A stretch of DNA of 64,000 nucleotides from Candidatus Latescibacterota bacterium (GTDB taxonomy: Bacteria > Latescibacterota > UBA2968 > UBA8231), in assembly GCA_965219385.1 (NCBI GenBank), contig CBDCNM010000001.1, positions 1,042,631-1,106,630 of the forward strand, given 5' to 3'. Positions 49,504-59,057 of this stretch are shown here, in pieces. A program made the position numbers and the translations under genes. The notes beneath the pieces were generated by a model, which was not told the origin of the DNA, did no database searches, and saw only the letters and a program-made list of their open reading frames with translations. Each line of letters opens with the position of its first letter. The stretch's first letter is position 1.

Positions 49504-51672
49504 TCAAAAAATGTGGTTCCCCACCTTGCCGGTAAAATAGTCGATGACCAGCCACATTCCGCTGCACAGGACCTGACCGGCTATCAGTCCAAGAAAAAAA
49601 GGCTGGCTCCTCTGGTAGAGGGAAGCCCCCCCGTAGCGCATGATAGCGACCTTGACCAGCCAGGCCAGAAATATGCTGAACCAGATCCCATCCGTCATGC
49701 TGTTGCCTCCGATTGGAAAGCCGATCGGATGCAGCGGCCACCAGGACAGACGGGTCCGCGCCCACATCATCAGCACCATGGCCAACCCTCCCCCCATAAA
49801 AAAACCCATCCCCGGCCAGTATGCCCCTGTGGGTTCGAGGTTGCGCACCGCATTTTCGTAGGCAGTACGGGGCCCACCTGCAAAGAACCAGTTGCTCACG
49901 TTCACGGCGCCGTACTGGTAAACCAGGTGAAATATCATCCACATGGAGCCCAGAGCTCCGATCAGCAAAGCCAGGATGATGGCCCAGAATATCAGTCGCC
50001 GACTGGAAGGAGTCATCTCCTCTATCATTTTGAGGGCGTTGGCACAGGTGCCCATGACAAAAACCCGCACATCGGCGGCCCATATATAGGTCAGAGACAG
50101 GTTGAAAACCCCGGTCGGTCCCAGCAGGGAGGATCCCAGCCCCTGAACCACCAGATCCGGCGCTATCATGGGGGACCGCACCATGACCAGCCCAGCCTCG
50201 ACCACGATGCGGGTGATGCCGACGAACACCAGCATGGCCAGCACCACGAACAGCAGCGAGATCCCCAGCGGCGTACCCATCACCCACAACCACCAAGCCA
50301 TCACCAGAATACCGCCCACGGCGCCCATCACCGCAAGGCGATACGAGAGGATCTCGTCCCCATCGTCGACCTTTGGCGCTTTACCCAAGGCTTTGAGAAA
50401 TACATTTTTCAAGTGCTCGCGACCGAGCCACAACCCCATCAAAACCATGCCGATCAGGGCCCCGGCCCCCTGGTACCCCAGGAAGGTGAATTCGGAGGCC
50501 CCGTACACGATCTTCTGGCTGGACTTCAAACCGGTGAACAGGAAGAAGGCCTTCTCAAATTTGGACAGGACATGAAAAAAACATATTCCTATGGCGATCT
50601 GGGTATGGATGAGGTAGGAAAATCCCACGGTGGCGAAATTGATGGCCAGTTGCAGACCTTGCCCCCCCAGCAGCCAAATATGCCAGCTGGTCTGCGGCAC
50701 CCCAAAGGTCGGATCGTAGCTGTGCAGCCCTCGAAGGCTGCCGTAGATCATGGGGATGGCACAGCCGATCCACATGGTCGCACTCCTGAAAAAGCGATTG
50801 ACCAGCCGGTCGGACTCCTCGCCCCGGATCATGGCCAGGCCGACCTGGACGACGGGATAGGCCAGCCGCTCACGCTCCATCCACTGCCGCCGCAAAATCA
50901 CCACGATCGACACCATGCTCATGTAGAGCGCCAGGAGAAATATACCCCACCACATCAACGGCTCTAGCCAGGCTTCGTACGGAATACTCTGGTCCGACCC
51001 CAACACACCTTCGTAGAATAACTTGTTGCCGGTGCCGTCCTCGACCATGATATGCCTGGCGGGCAGATGCGGGAACAAGATTTCAGCCCATTGGTTCTCG
51101 GGTGAGGCAAAGTAGAAGAGGGCGGTGATGATCGGCAGGAGTTGTTCGCCCAACCCCATGGTGCACAGAGCGGAGACGATCAGCAACATGGCGTAGACCA
51201 GGACCAATTCCCCCCGGTTCAACGCCAGGCTGCGGCCGCGCCAAACTGCGAAGATATTGCCCAGAGAGGAAAGCAGCAGGAAGGTGGAAAAAAACAGGCC
51301 GGGCGAATACAGGTCGACATCGTCAAAAGGCTGGTAAGCATGGAACCAGCCCATGGCGACAATCCCGGCGAAGACAAGGGCCCTATTTTTATTGCGGCCA
51401 GCTGCTTTGAAAAGAAGATTCAGCACCCCAATCAAAAAGAGGAAGAGAAAGATCGCTCCAGGAGTGTTGAAATCGTTGGCCATGTAGGTTCCCCGCATGA
51501 CCATATTGCCATAAGGATCTCCAGTAGCCAGAAAAAAACTCAGAAAAGATCCGATCCAAAACCCCCGCCACCTCAGCTGGTGCGTTGCCGGCCCGCCCAG
51601 AATGGATTGCTGGCGCTCTGCCAGGTAGTGGCGATATGCTGCGGAAATCCCCTTTTGTATGCCCATTCTCAA
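49504..51672 (-). CDS. Large polytopic membrane protein, DUF6785/DUF6784-like
   Basis: ELVLVYAM, ILRRQWMERERLAYP, RIVVEAG, WWPLHPIG and RYGG...PFFLGLI. Confidence 0.75.
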   Translation of the reverse strand: MRMGIQKGISAAYRHYLAERQQSILGGPATHQLRWRGFWIGSFLSFFLATGDPYGNMVMRGTYMANDFNTPGAIFLFLFLIGVLNLLFKAAGRNKNRALVFAGIVAMGWFHAYQPFDDVDLYSPGLFFSTFLLLSSLGNIFAVWRGRSLALNRGELVLVYAMLLIVSALCTMGLGEQLLPIITALFYFASPENQWAEILFPHLPARHIMVEDGTGNKLFYEGVLGSDQSIPYEAWLEPLMWWGIFLLALYMSMVSIVVILRRQWMERERLAYPVVQVGLAMIRGEESDRLVNRFFRSATMWIGCAIPMIYGSLRGLHSYDPTFGVPQTSWHIWLLGGQGLQLAINFATVGFSYLIHTQIAIGICFFHVLSKFEKAFFLFTGLKSSQKIVYGASEFTFLGYQGAGALIGMVLMGLWLGREHLKNVFLKALGKAPKVDDGDEILSYRLAVMGAVGGILVMAWWLWVMGTPLGISLLFVVLAMLVFVGITRIVVEAGLVMVRSPMIAPDLVVQGLGSSLLGPTGVFNLSLTYIWAADVRVFVMGTCANALKMIEEMTPSSRRLIFWAIILALLIGALGSMWMIFHLVYQYGAVNVSNWFFAGGPRTAYENAVRNLEPTGAYWPGMGFFMGGGLAMVLMMWARTRLSWWPLHPIGFPIGGNSMTDGIWFSIFLAWLVKVAIMRYGGASLYQRSQPFFLGLIAGQVLCSGMWLVIDYFTGKVGNHIF

Positions 51673-51685
51673 TCAAGGACTGAAG

Positions 51686-51866
51686 TTAATCCACGAATTG
51701 CAGATATACCTCCCGCAGACGCTGGGTCAGAGCCCCGGGCTTACCATCGCTAATGATCGCGTCTGCGACCTGTTGTACCACCCCTACCTCGGTTGTGGCG
51801 CCGGCCGGGAATACCCCGTCTACACAAAGGCGCGAACTCGCCGTTTACAAAACCTATCTCGGGCAT
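51686..51866 (-). pseudogene. Class IV (D-amino acid/branched-chain) aminotransferase remnant with a large internal deletion
   Basis: N-terminal MPEIGFVNGEFAPL joined out of frame to C-terminal DGVFPAGATTEV...ISDGKPGALTQRLREVYLQFVD*. Confidence 0.68.
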
Positions 51867-52639
51867 CTCTCCCGTTCCAGACCAGCCAGAACGCACCACA
51901 GAGCCCGGTAATAATGCATGAGACGCACAGGCTCCGAACTGGCAGGTATCTCGGCCAGGCAAAAACCTTCGTACCCACTGGCCTGCAATAAGCTGAACAG
52001 CCGGCTCCAGGGGTAATCAGACCACAGCTCGGTGATGTGCACCAGGCCGATTTTTTTTTGCAGCAGGGCAAAATTGGCGTCGATTGAACCCTCCACCATA
52101 TCGCCCGTATTGGAGTTCCAGCAGGCCAGCACATTGTCGTGGTCCGCATAGTCCAGTATTTTGCGGATATTAGGTGGTTCGCTCGTCACCCGACCGTGGA
52201 CCTCCAGGCGGACCTCGACACCGTTTTCACGGCCGAATTCCCCGCACTCGCGCAGGGCCAGACCGATCTGTTCCAGGGTCTTTTCCAGCGCTACTCCTTC
52301 ATCGACATGGTCTTTATTGGGCCGGACCTTCACGCCGGGCGCTCCCACATCGCACGCCAATTCAATGTACTGCTTGGTGCCTTCGACGTTCCTGCGGACT
52401 TCCTCCGGCTCTACTGCGTCGTACTCGAAAGCACTGCCCAGACCGGCAATCTGGACCTTTGAATCCGCGAACCTCCTGGCGATCTCAACTCGCTGGGCTG
52501 GGCTCAGATCCACTTCTGCCTCGTGGGCGTGCGTGGTTCGCAGTTCCACGCCCTCGAAGCCCGTCTCCTCACAATTGCGGATGATGGTCTCAATGTCCCA
52601 ATCCTTGGCCAGATTATAGGTCACCAATCCCAATTTCAC
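51854..52639 (-). CDS. Sugar phosphate isomerase/epimerase (TIM barrel)
   Basis: KLGLVTYN, GFEGVELRTTHAH, LEVHG, CWNSN and VHITEL. Confidence 0.85.
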   Translation of the reverse strand: MKLGLVTYNLAKDWDIETIIRNCEETGFEGVELRTTHAHEAEVDLSPAQRVEIARRFADSKVQIAGLGSAFEYDAVEPEEVRRNVEGTKQYIELACDVGAPGVKVRPNKDHVDEGVALEKTLEQIGLALRECGEFGRENGVEVRLEVHGRVTSEPPNIRKILDYADHDNVLACWNSNTGDMVEGSIDANFALLQKKIGLVHITELWSDYPWSRLFSLLQASGYEGFCLAEIPASSEPVRLMHYYRALWCVLAGLERERCPR

Positions 52640-52777
52640 GACTCGACTCCTTTTTCGGCGTTGGTCAATGGGCTCACAGACCCTGCTCTTCAGTTCTGTC
52701 TCATCTACCCTAGCGCTCCTTTATATCACACCTCCCATTCTTCGCAAAGGGCCGATTGTAGATGGAAAGAAATGGGG

Positions 52778-54088
52778 CTAGGTTTCGGTGGGCCACCAGC
52801 CATCCGGATCTTCGTTCCACCGCCGGCCGCACATCCCGGAAATCAAGCGCCATTCAGCCGCTCCCATCGTTTGGGTCGAATGGTACACGAAGCGCTTCAA
52901 GCCCGCCCGCTCCGAGGCCCTTAGAATCCCGTGTAGATCTCTCGCCGTCATGGGATCACCCCGGTGGGGCCTACGGCCAGTGGAGACCCAGCAAACCACC
53001 TTGTCGACGTCCCCGACCGCATCCAGGGCCCGCCGGGTTTCGCCGTATACCACTTCCCCAAAGAACTCCTTGGGAAAGCCCATCTCCATGTCCCCGAGCG
53101 AGTGGATGCCTGGCAATTCGATGCCGAGCAGGGATTTAACCACCGCAAAACAATCTTCTTCCGTCAGGGTAGGATTCCATTCCAGGAGCGTGAGAACCCA
53201 GCGCCTAATGGTTCCGTACATGCCGTCGAAACCCCGGTGCCAGTAGTAATGCTTGGGAAAGATGTAGTCAAAAAATGACCCCATTTGCTGGTAGTTCTGC
53301 CCGGTAATCGAAGAGAAGGTGGCGGTGCGCGGAATGCCGCCCAATTCCACCTTGCGGTCCAGCTGGTCAATCCGGGCCCGCAGGGCGGCCATCCAGCCCA
53401 GGGAGACCTCCTGACGCTTGCGCAACCAGTACAGGGTGTCCTCGTCGATATCGAACAGGATGAGACCCGCTAATAATCCTCCTGAAGCGTGGTAGCGCAC
53501 CAGATCGGGGGTAAGGTTGTGGAAGCGGTGGCGCAGGTGCGCAATGCCGCGCTCGATCCGATTCATATCTACTCCCAGGCTGGCAAAACGCTTCTGCCAA
53601 TTCGGTTGGACGGCAAAAAGCTCACCCCGGCCAGGCGAAAATAGTTCGTGCTGGTGTTCCCCCGGACCGTCGCAAATAAACCCATGTGCCTGGGGAAAGG
53701 CCGTCATGATATCCTGGATACAAGCGCCCATTCCAGCTGCGCCATAAGGGTCGTCTTCGGTCGAATAGTCCCACCAATCTCGGGGGGCCGCAAAGGTGTC
53801 GAAGATCATGATATGCCAGCCGCGTGCAGCCGCATCGTCCAGCATGGCCTGCAGCAGCTTCTCCTTGTCCGGATCGCGCGGCAACTCCGGTGGTCTATCC
53901 AGACCGAAGGATTCATACACCTTGGAGGCAAGAGGATAAGCACTGATTTCCGCACCATCTTCCGAATGGAGAAACATGCGACCAATCATCAGCCCCTGTA
54001 CGCCCCCGTCTTCCCAGGCATCGAAGGTGGTTTTGTAATCGTTCAAATAATGTTCTAAAGGCAATGCCATTCTGATCCAGGGTACCAT
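52778..54088 (-). CDS. Hypothetical protein (436 aa, possibly TIM-barrel)
   Basis: Long ORF with GAGGAGG RBS; PKHYYWHRGFDGMYGT and GRRPHRGDPM segments; family not recognised. Confidence 0.75.
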   Translation of the reverse strand: MVPWIRMALPLEHYLNDYKTTFDAWEDGGVQGLMIGRMFLHSEDGAEISAYPLASKVYESFGLDRPPELPRDPDKEKLLQAMLDDAAARGWHIMIFDTFAAPRDWWDYSTEDDPYGAAGMGACIQDIMTAFPQAHGFICDGPGEHQHELFSPGRGELFAVQPNWQKRFASLGVDMNRIERGIAHLRHRFHNLTPDLVRYHASGGLLAGLILFDIDEDTLYWLRKRQEVSLGWMAALRARIDQLDRKVELGGIPRTATFSSITGQNYQQMGSFFDYIFPKHYYWHRGFDGMYGTIRRWVLTLLEWNPTLTEEDCFAVVKSLLGIELPGIHSLGDMEMGFPKEFFGEVVYGETRRALDAVGDVDKVVCWVSTGRRPHRGDPMTARDLHGILRASERAGLKRFVYHSTQTMGAAEWRLISGMCGRRWNEDPDGWWPTET

Positions 54089-54127
54089 TGGACCTCCTCA
54101 GCTTTAGTGTCCCCAACACCCTCTAGC

Positions 54128-54153
54128 AACAAATGTCTCTAACAAATGTCTCT
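54128..54153. repeat. 13-bp tandem duplication
   Basis: AACAAATGTCTCT twice, intergenic. Confidence 0.8.
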
Positions 54154-54160
54154 AATGAGG

Positions 54161-57100
54161 CTACCCGCCAATTCGAGGTCTTAGATAGGTGATCACGAGC
54201 AGAGCCAGCGGGGTTGTGCCCAGCCCCATCATAAACATGCCGTTAATCTGGTAGAAGAGGTGATCGGTCTCCCAGAGCGACCAACCGTTACCGATCAGGC
54301 CGCTTGTCCAAATGCATATCATGTAAACCAGGAAGTTGAAGCGCACAACCCGTACAACCAGAAAGAGCGGGACCGCCAGGAAGAGCAGGACCAGTCCTAC
54401 AAGCATTGCAAAGTGGAAAATATCTTCAGCCTGGGCCGCGGTTCCCATCACTCCCCCCACCAGGATTATGCCGGCGATGAGAATCCATGTCTTTTGCAGG
54501 GTTCGTTGCCATATCAGAAGACCGGTCAATCCCGCAAACAGGGCAATGACTCCCAGGTAAGCGCTGGTCAATCCGTCCAGGACCGGCAGATAAGTGTTCA
54601 GGTTCGGAGGATGATACCCCCCCGGCTTGAGGTAGTCCACCAGCCATCGATACTCCGCATAGGTCTTGAAATGGTCCATGCCTTTCGTCGCCAATAAAAA
54701 CGCTGTGGCCATCAGGATGGCCTGTAGCCAGAGCCCGGCCCTCTCCTGGCGCAACCTCAGTAGTCCCAACCACCGGGCAGGATCCATCTCTTCGGGATGG
54801 ATCTCCCGGAAGAGAGCAAGGCCCAGAGCCACGAGGACAACCATGGACAACCCTATGAAAACAGCCTCCAGCAAAGTGCCCATTACCTCCATACTCAGAA
54901 AAGTCCACAGTGCCTGGCTGGTATCGTAATTCTGGAAAAAAGCAGGCAAGGCATTGACCTTATCGACCACCACAAGTACTGCACCCAGAATGCCGAAGCG
55001 CAGACCTAAACCCCAGCTTATGGTCTTCTCGCGGTAGATTCTGAAAAAATTGACCCCTCCCAGAATCAGGGTTGCAAGACCCAGGATAACCCCTATTACC
55101 TTCGGTACTATATCCTTGGCTCCCTGCTTTCCAAGCTCCCGCAAAAAGTCCTCCGGAGCCTTGTACCCCTGGTGAAAATGTCCCACCCGGTCCCCCTGAA
55201 GACGCGTCACCAGACGAAACTCCCCGTCGTCGACCTTTTGATCGATCCGCTCCCAGACAAAGTGGTGGTCCACCCTGGCTTCCTGTTTTTCCACGCTTCC
55301 CTCCAGTAATTTGTACTGGAGGGTATCCGCCGTCACCTGATCAAAGTGCTTTTCGACAAACCCCTGGACCAGGACGCGAGCCGTATCCCCTTCCAGCTCG
55401 GCCCCGGCCTGGCTCTCTGGAATTTGGTGCTCGAACACGCTGACCCGTCCCTTGGCATTCACCCCCACCAGGACCTCCTCTTTCTCCTGGGGTTTGAACC
55501 AGCGGAGGTACCAAATCCATGGATGGGTCTGCTGGACGGCCAGGGTATCAGCCCGTGCGACACCGGCCCGGCGCACCAGGTGGATGTAGTGGTCTGTTCC
55601 CAGGCTGCTGGAAAACCAGGCGGTGAGGTAATGGTCCCGCACATCCAGTCCGATTGCTTCGCAAAACTCCTCTGCCAATCCGGTGGCCTCCGCCCGGGTC
55701 ACCGATAGTTCGAGGTTGCGTTCTCCAAAGCGCTTGATCTCGAGTGCACTCAAAAGGGCGACCCCAACCAGCCCCAGGATGCCGGCCCACCACCAACCGC
55801 GCGCGCCTATCAGGTAAGATTCCGGATCCTTTTGAACGGTCGTTTCCTCCATAATCGGCTGGGCCGGTGGGGTTGGGGGTAGCGGTTCGGCAACCTCCTC
55901 TTCCGCTTCTTCTTCAATTTCCCTGTAGCGCCTCGACAAAAACGCGAATAAGGCCGGTATGGCCGGCAGGAGGAGGATGCCGACGACGGCAAACCCCGAA
56001 ATCTGGAAGTAGAGGCTCGACGACTTCATCATCGGGAATGCCCCTTGAAAGGCATTGTAGACATAGTGGGCAATGATCGTCGACCAGATCCCGAAGCGCA
56101 AAAAAACAAACCCCAGAGCCACCCCTACCAGCGAAATTTCAATCCCCCGGGTATAAATGGGTTCGGTCGGATAGTTGGAGTGGAGAAATGCCCATACCAC
56201 CGCCGACAACACAACGGCCAGCCAGGGGCGCCCGAACCAGCGGATGAGCAGCGATATGGCCAGCAGCCTGAAGAAGAATTCCTCCTGGGCAGCGGCCACC
56301 AGTCCGATCAGCAGCGGGTAAATCCAGGGGATGGCAGTGCTGTAGGTATTGTCGTAATCGACTACCGAGGCCGGGGACCAGACTCCGAAATAGCGGGTGC
56401 CGACGATGTAGAACAAGGTCACGTACCCCAGCATGGCAAAGGCCAGGCCGTAGCCTACGAAGGTCGAGCGCATAAACCCGCCCGCGAATATCCGACGCAG
56501 GGCAAGATGTCCAAACGGACTGCGCTTTCCCGCGAAAAGCACCTCTCGTCCCAGCGCTCCTCCAGCCGTACCTGCGAGACTGATGATTCCCCCCGAGAAA
56601 ACCGCCCCAATAAGACCCGAGGCTATAAATGCTGCGATAAAGTGGGCGTTGGACTGCATGGTATCGTAGCCAAAGCGGGCCAGGGGCAGTGAGTTGGTAT
56701 GCCCGGCTGCAGTTGCGACCAATACCACCCCTCCGACCAGCAGCCCCGTCTTCCACTGCAGGGTTCCCTGCCGGTATTTCTGGACCAGCACGACCAGCAT
56801 CATCACCCCAAGAGCAAACCAGAAGACACCGAATATCTGGCTCAACAGGTTCGCCCGGGAACGCACCTCGCTGTAGTGCCGGGAAAATTGCTCGGGCACC
56901 TTCAGGTATTCTTTAAACCTGCCTATCCGGTCGCCCTGGACCACCACCTCCAGACGGTAATGTCCATCTTCCCCCACGGTAAAACCCTTCTTTCGGTAGG
57001 TGAAGATATGATCGGTCCGCGCTTTGCGTTGCTCGCTGGTGCGCTCGATCAATTCCCATTCTGCCAGATCGAACCCCTGAGTCTCCTGCAGAAAGGTTTG

Positions 57101-57583
57101 GGCCAGCCCCAATGCCTCCTCCTGCTTCAGGCTTGCTCCTTGGTCCGTCTCCAGAATTAAATGCGCGAAGCCGACAATCCGACCTCCCGGGTCAAGGCTG
57201 ACGCGCAACTCTTCCTTCTCCAGGGTTTTGAACCATCGCACGCTCCAGCTCCAGATCGAAAGCCAGTCTCGCGCCAGTTGATTGGCCTCCTCCAGTCCCA
57301 GGGTTTGTTCCAGGAAAATCTGCCCTCCGTAATCATGCGAGAATATCTGGGCGCTGGAGTATTGGTCCGTGCTGTAATCCAGCTCTTTTAAGTACCCCCG
57401 GGCTTGCTGGAAGGCTTCTTCCCGGCTCAGCTTAAAATCCAGGGAGGCCACCGGGAACGCTTCTTTATACAAGTGGAGAAAGACGGCCAGCCCTGCCACT
57501 CCAAGTAAGAGGCACAGCCCGATCCAGCGGATATCGTTGCGTTTCACGGTTTCCTCTTTTGTAAACATGGCTGAGATGCCCAA
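54161..57583 (-). CDS. Large CPBP (Abi/CAAX) intramembrane metalloprotease with an internal duplication
   Basis: EEFFFR, WAFLH and HYVYN motifs in the first half; repeated extracytoplasmic domain. Start uncertain (57568 or 57547 also possible). Confidence 0.82.
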   Translation of the reverse strand: MGISAMFTKEETVKRNDIRWIGLCLLLGVAGLAVFLHLYKEAFPVASLDFKLSREEAFQQARGYLKELDYSTDQYSSAQIFSHDYGGQIFLEQTLGLEEANQLARDWLSIWSWSVRWFKTLEKEELRVSLDPGGRIVGFAHLILETDQGASLKQEEALGLAQTFLQETQGFDLAEWELIERTSEQRKARTDHIFTYRKKGFTVGEDGHYRLEVVVQGDRIGRFKEYLKVPEQFSRHYSEVRSRANLLSQIFGVFWFALGVMMLVVLVQKYRQGTLQWKTGLLVGGVVLVATAAGHTNSLPLARFGYDTMQSNAHFIAAFIASGLIGAVFSGGIISLAGTAGGALGREVLFAGKRSPFGHLALRRIFAGGFMRSTFVGYGLAFAMLGYVTLFYIVGTRYFGVWSPASVVDYDNTYSTAIPWIYPLLIGLVAAAQEEFFFRLLAISLLIRWFGRPWLAVVLSAVVWAFLHSNYPTEPIYTRGIEISLVGVALGFVFLRFGIWSTIIAHYVYNAFQGAFPMMKSSSLYFQISGFAVVGILLLPAIPALFAFLSRRYREIEEEAEEEVAEPLPPTPPAQPIMEETTVQKDPESYLIGARGWWWAGILGLVGVALLSALEIKRFGERNLELSVTRAEATGLAEEFCEAIGLDVRDHYLTAWFSSSLGTDHYIHLVRRAGVARADTLAVQQTHPWIWYLRWFKPQEKEEVLVGVNAKGRVSVFEHQIPESQAGAELEGDTARVLVQGFVEKHFDQVTADTLQYKLLEGSVEKQEARVDHHFVWERIDQKVDDGEFRLVTRLQGDRVGHFHQGYKAPEDFLRELGKQGAKDIVPKVIGVILGLATLILGGVNFFRIYREKTISWGLGLRFGILGAVLVVVDKVNALPAFFQNYDTSQALWTFLSMEVMGTLLEAVFIGLSMVVLVALGLALFREIHPEEMDPARWLGLLRLRQERAGLWLQAILMATAFLLATKGMDHFKTYAEYRWLVDYLKPGGYHPPNLNTYLPVLDGLTSAYLGVIALFAGLTGLLIWQRTLQKTWILIAGIILVGGVMGTAAQAEDIFHFAMLVGLVLLFLAVPLFLVVRVVRFNFLVYMICIWTSGLIGNGWSLWETDHLFYQINGMFMMGLGTTPLALLVITYLRPRIGG

Positions 57584-57699
57584 GTGTATTTAGCTTGGCG
57601 GATTCAACAGAGGGGGGATAAAACCTGCAGGATGCTCAGGCGGGCGCCCATGGAACGATGTCGAGGAGGGAGGGGGTGGAAAGCCTCAATCCTGTCTAT

Positions 57700-58104
57700 T
57701 CAGTCCAAAAAACGGGCCCGCACCTGCGCATCGGGTATCCGGCAGACATCCTGTCTTCCAAACCACCGGTAGCGATTGCGCGCTATGATCCCATACACCA
57801 GATCGCGTATAAAGGCCGGCACCAGCAAAAATATGGATAGCAGGGGCCATAAACCCCGCAACTGGCGCATTGTGCGCAGCACCGCGGTGGAACGGGCGTA
57901 CAACTGCCCTCCCTCGACCAGGATTATGGTATCCAGCTGCTCCTCGGGTAAATGGTTCCGCCGCAGGATGCCCCGAGCTATCTGACCCTGCAACGGCGCA
58001 AAATGAAATCGCCCCTCGGGATCCCGGGAAATGATGAAATTTACGGTGGAGTCGCAGAAATTACATGATCCATCATACAACACCAGCGGATGATCCATTG
58101 CCAT
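57700..58104 (-). CDS. Thiol-disulfide oxidoreductase, DCC family (DUF393)
   Basis: YDGSCNFC, FAPLQ, RSTA and IARNRYRWFG. Confidence 0.9.
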   Translation of the reverse strand: MAMDHPLVLYDGSCNFCDSTVNFIISRDPEGRFHFAPLQGQIARGILRRNHLPEEQLDTIILVEGGQLYARSTAVLRTMRQLRGLWPLLSIFLLVPAFIRDLVYGIIARNRYRWFGRQDVCRIPDAQVRARFLD

Positions 58105-58146
58105 AGAGAATGCGCTCAAAAGTGAAAAAAACCTCGTTGCCGGTTT

Positions 58147-58833
58147 TCAACTTCTCTGCGCCACGTAGCGCACGACCAGATCTACCGCCTCGTCTTCTGA
58201 AATTTTGTCCGTATTTATGGTCAGGTGATAAAGCAGTGGATCGTCCCAATCCGCCTTGTGGTAGTTGCGCAGGTAAAGCTGGCGCCAGCGATCGTGTTGC
58301 TGGGCAAGTTCCCGGGCACCGTCGAGATCCATACCCCGCACTTTCATGAGGTTTTCGCAACGGCGCTCTAAAGGGGCCACGATTTTGAGGTGCAGGACAT
58401 CATCGCGGTTTGCCAGAATCACTTGGCTGGCGCGACCGACAATAACCGCTTTACCTGTCTGGCCGAACTCCTGTATAACCGTGGTGATCAGCAACTGGTA
58501 TGTGCCGCGGTCGAGATAGGTCGCCGATTGGCTGGCTTCGCGATCCATGACATAGGGAAATTCGAGACCGAATTCGGGAAAGTAGGCTGCCGATGATAGC
58601 GGAAACCCCCTGGGACTTACCTCGGGTACCAGGAGCCGTTTGAGAAAATGCTTGATCCGCCCTTCCCCTTTCTCATCGAATTTTTCGACTTCTTCAGGGG
58701 AGGTATCCGTGATTGAGGCAATCTCCTCCACCAGCTTTTGGTCGACCAACTCATAACCCAGGATTTCGGCTACGCGTTGGGCGATGGGATCACCGCCGCT
58801 ACCTATCTGTCGGGCGACTGTAATTACAGCCAA
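58147..58833 (-). CDS. Cytidylate kinase-like family protein
   Basis: VITVARQIGSGG, VIVGRAS and DPLLYHLTINT. Confidence 0.85.
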   Translation of the reverse strand: MAVITVARQIGSGGDPIAQRVAEILGYELVDQKLVEEIASITDTSPEEVEKFDEKGEGRIKHFLKRLLVPEVSPRGFPLSSAAYFPEFGLEFPYVMDREASQSATYLDRGTYQLLITTVIQEFGQTGKAVIVGRASQVILANRDDVLHLKIVAPLERRCENLMKVRGMDLDGARELAQQHDRWRQLYLRNYHKADWDDPLLYHLTINTDKISEDEAVDLVVRYVAQRS

Positions 58834-59057
58834 GACATGATCTCCGGTTCAAATAGCCCATTCCGTCCTCAAATTAACCAAACTCCGCTCTCGATGCAAG
58901 CCAATGTCCCAGAGATCATCCCGCCGGCCCAATCTATCTTTTTTGTGCTCTGGATCACGGCGCTGGAAAAAATTGGCCCATATCATTATTTTTAAAGTAG
59001 ATTAGTGAACAACTCTCCATTCGCATTCCCCGGAAAATCCATGGATAACTACTCAAT

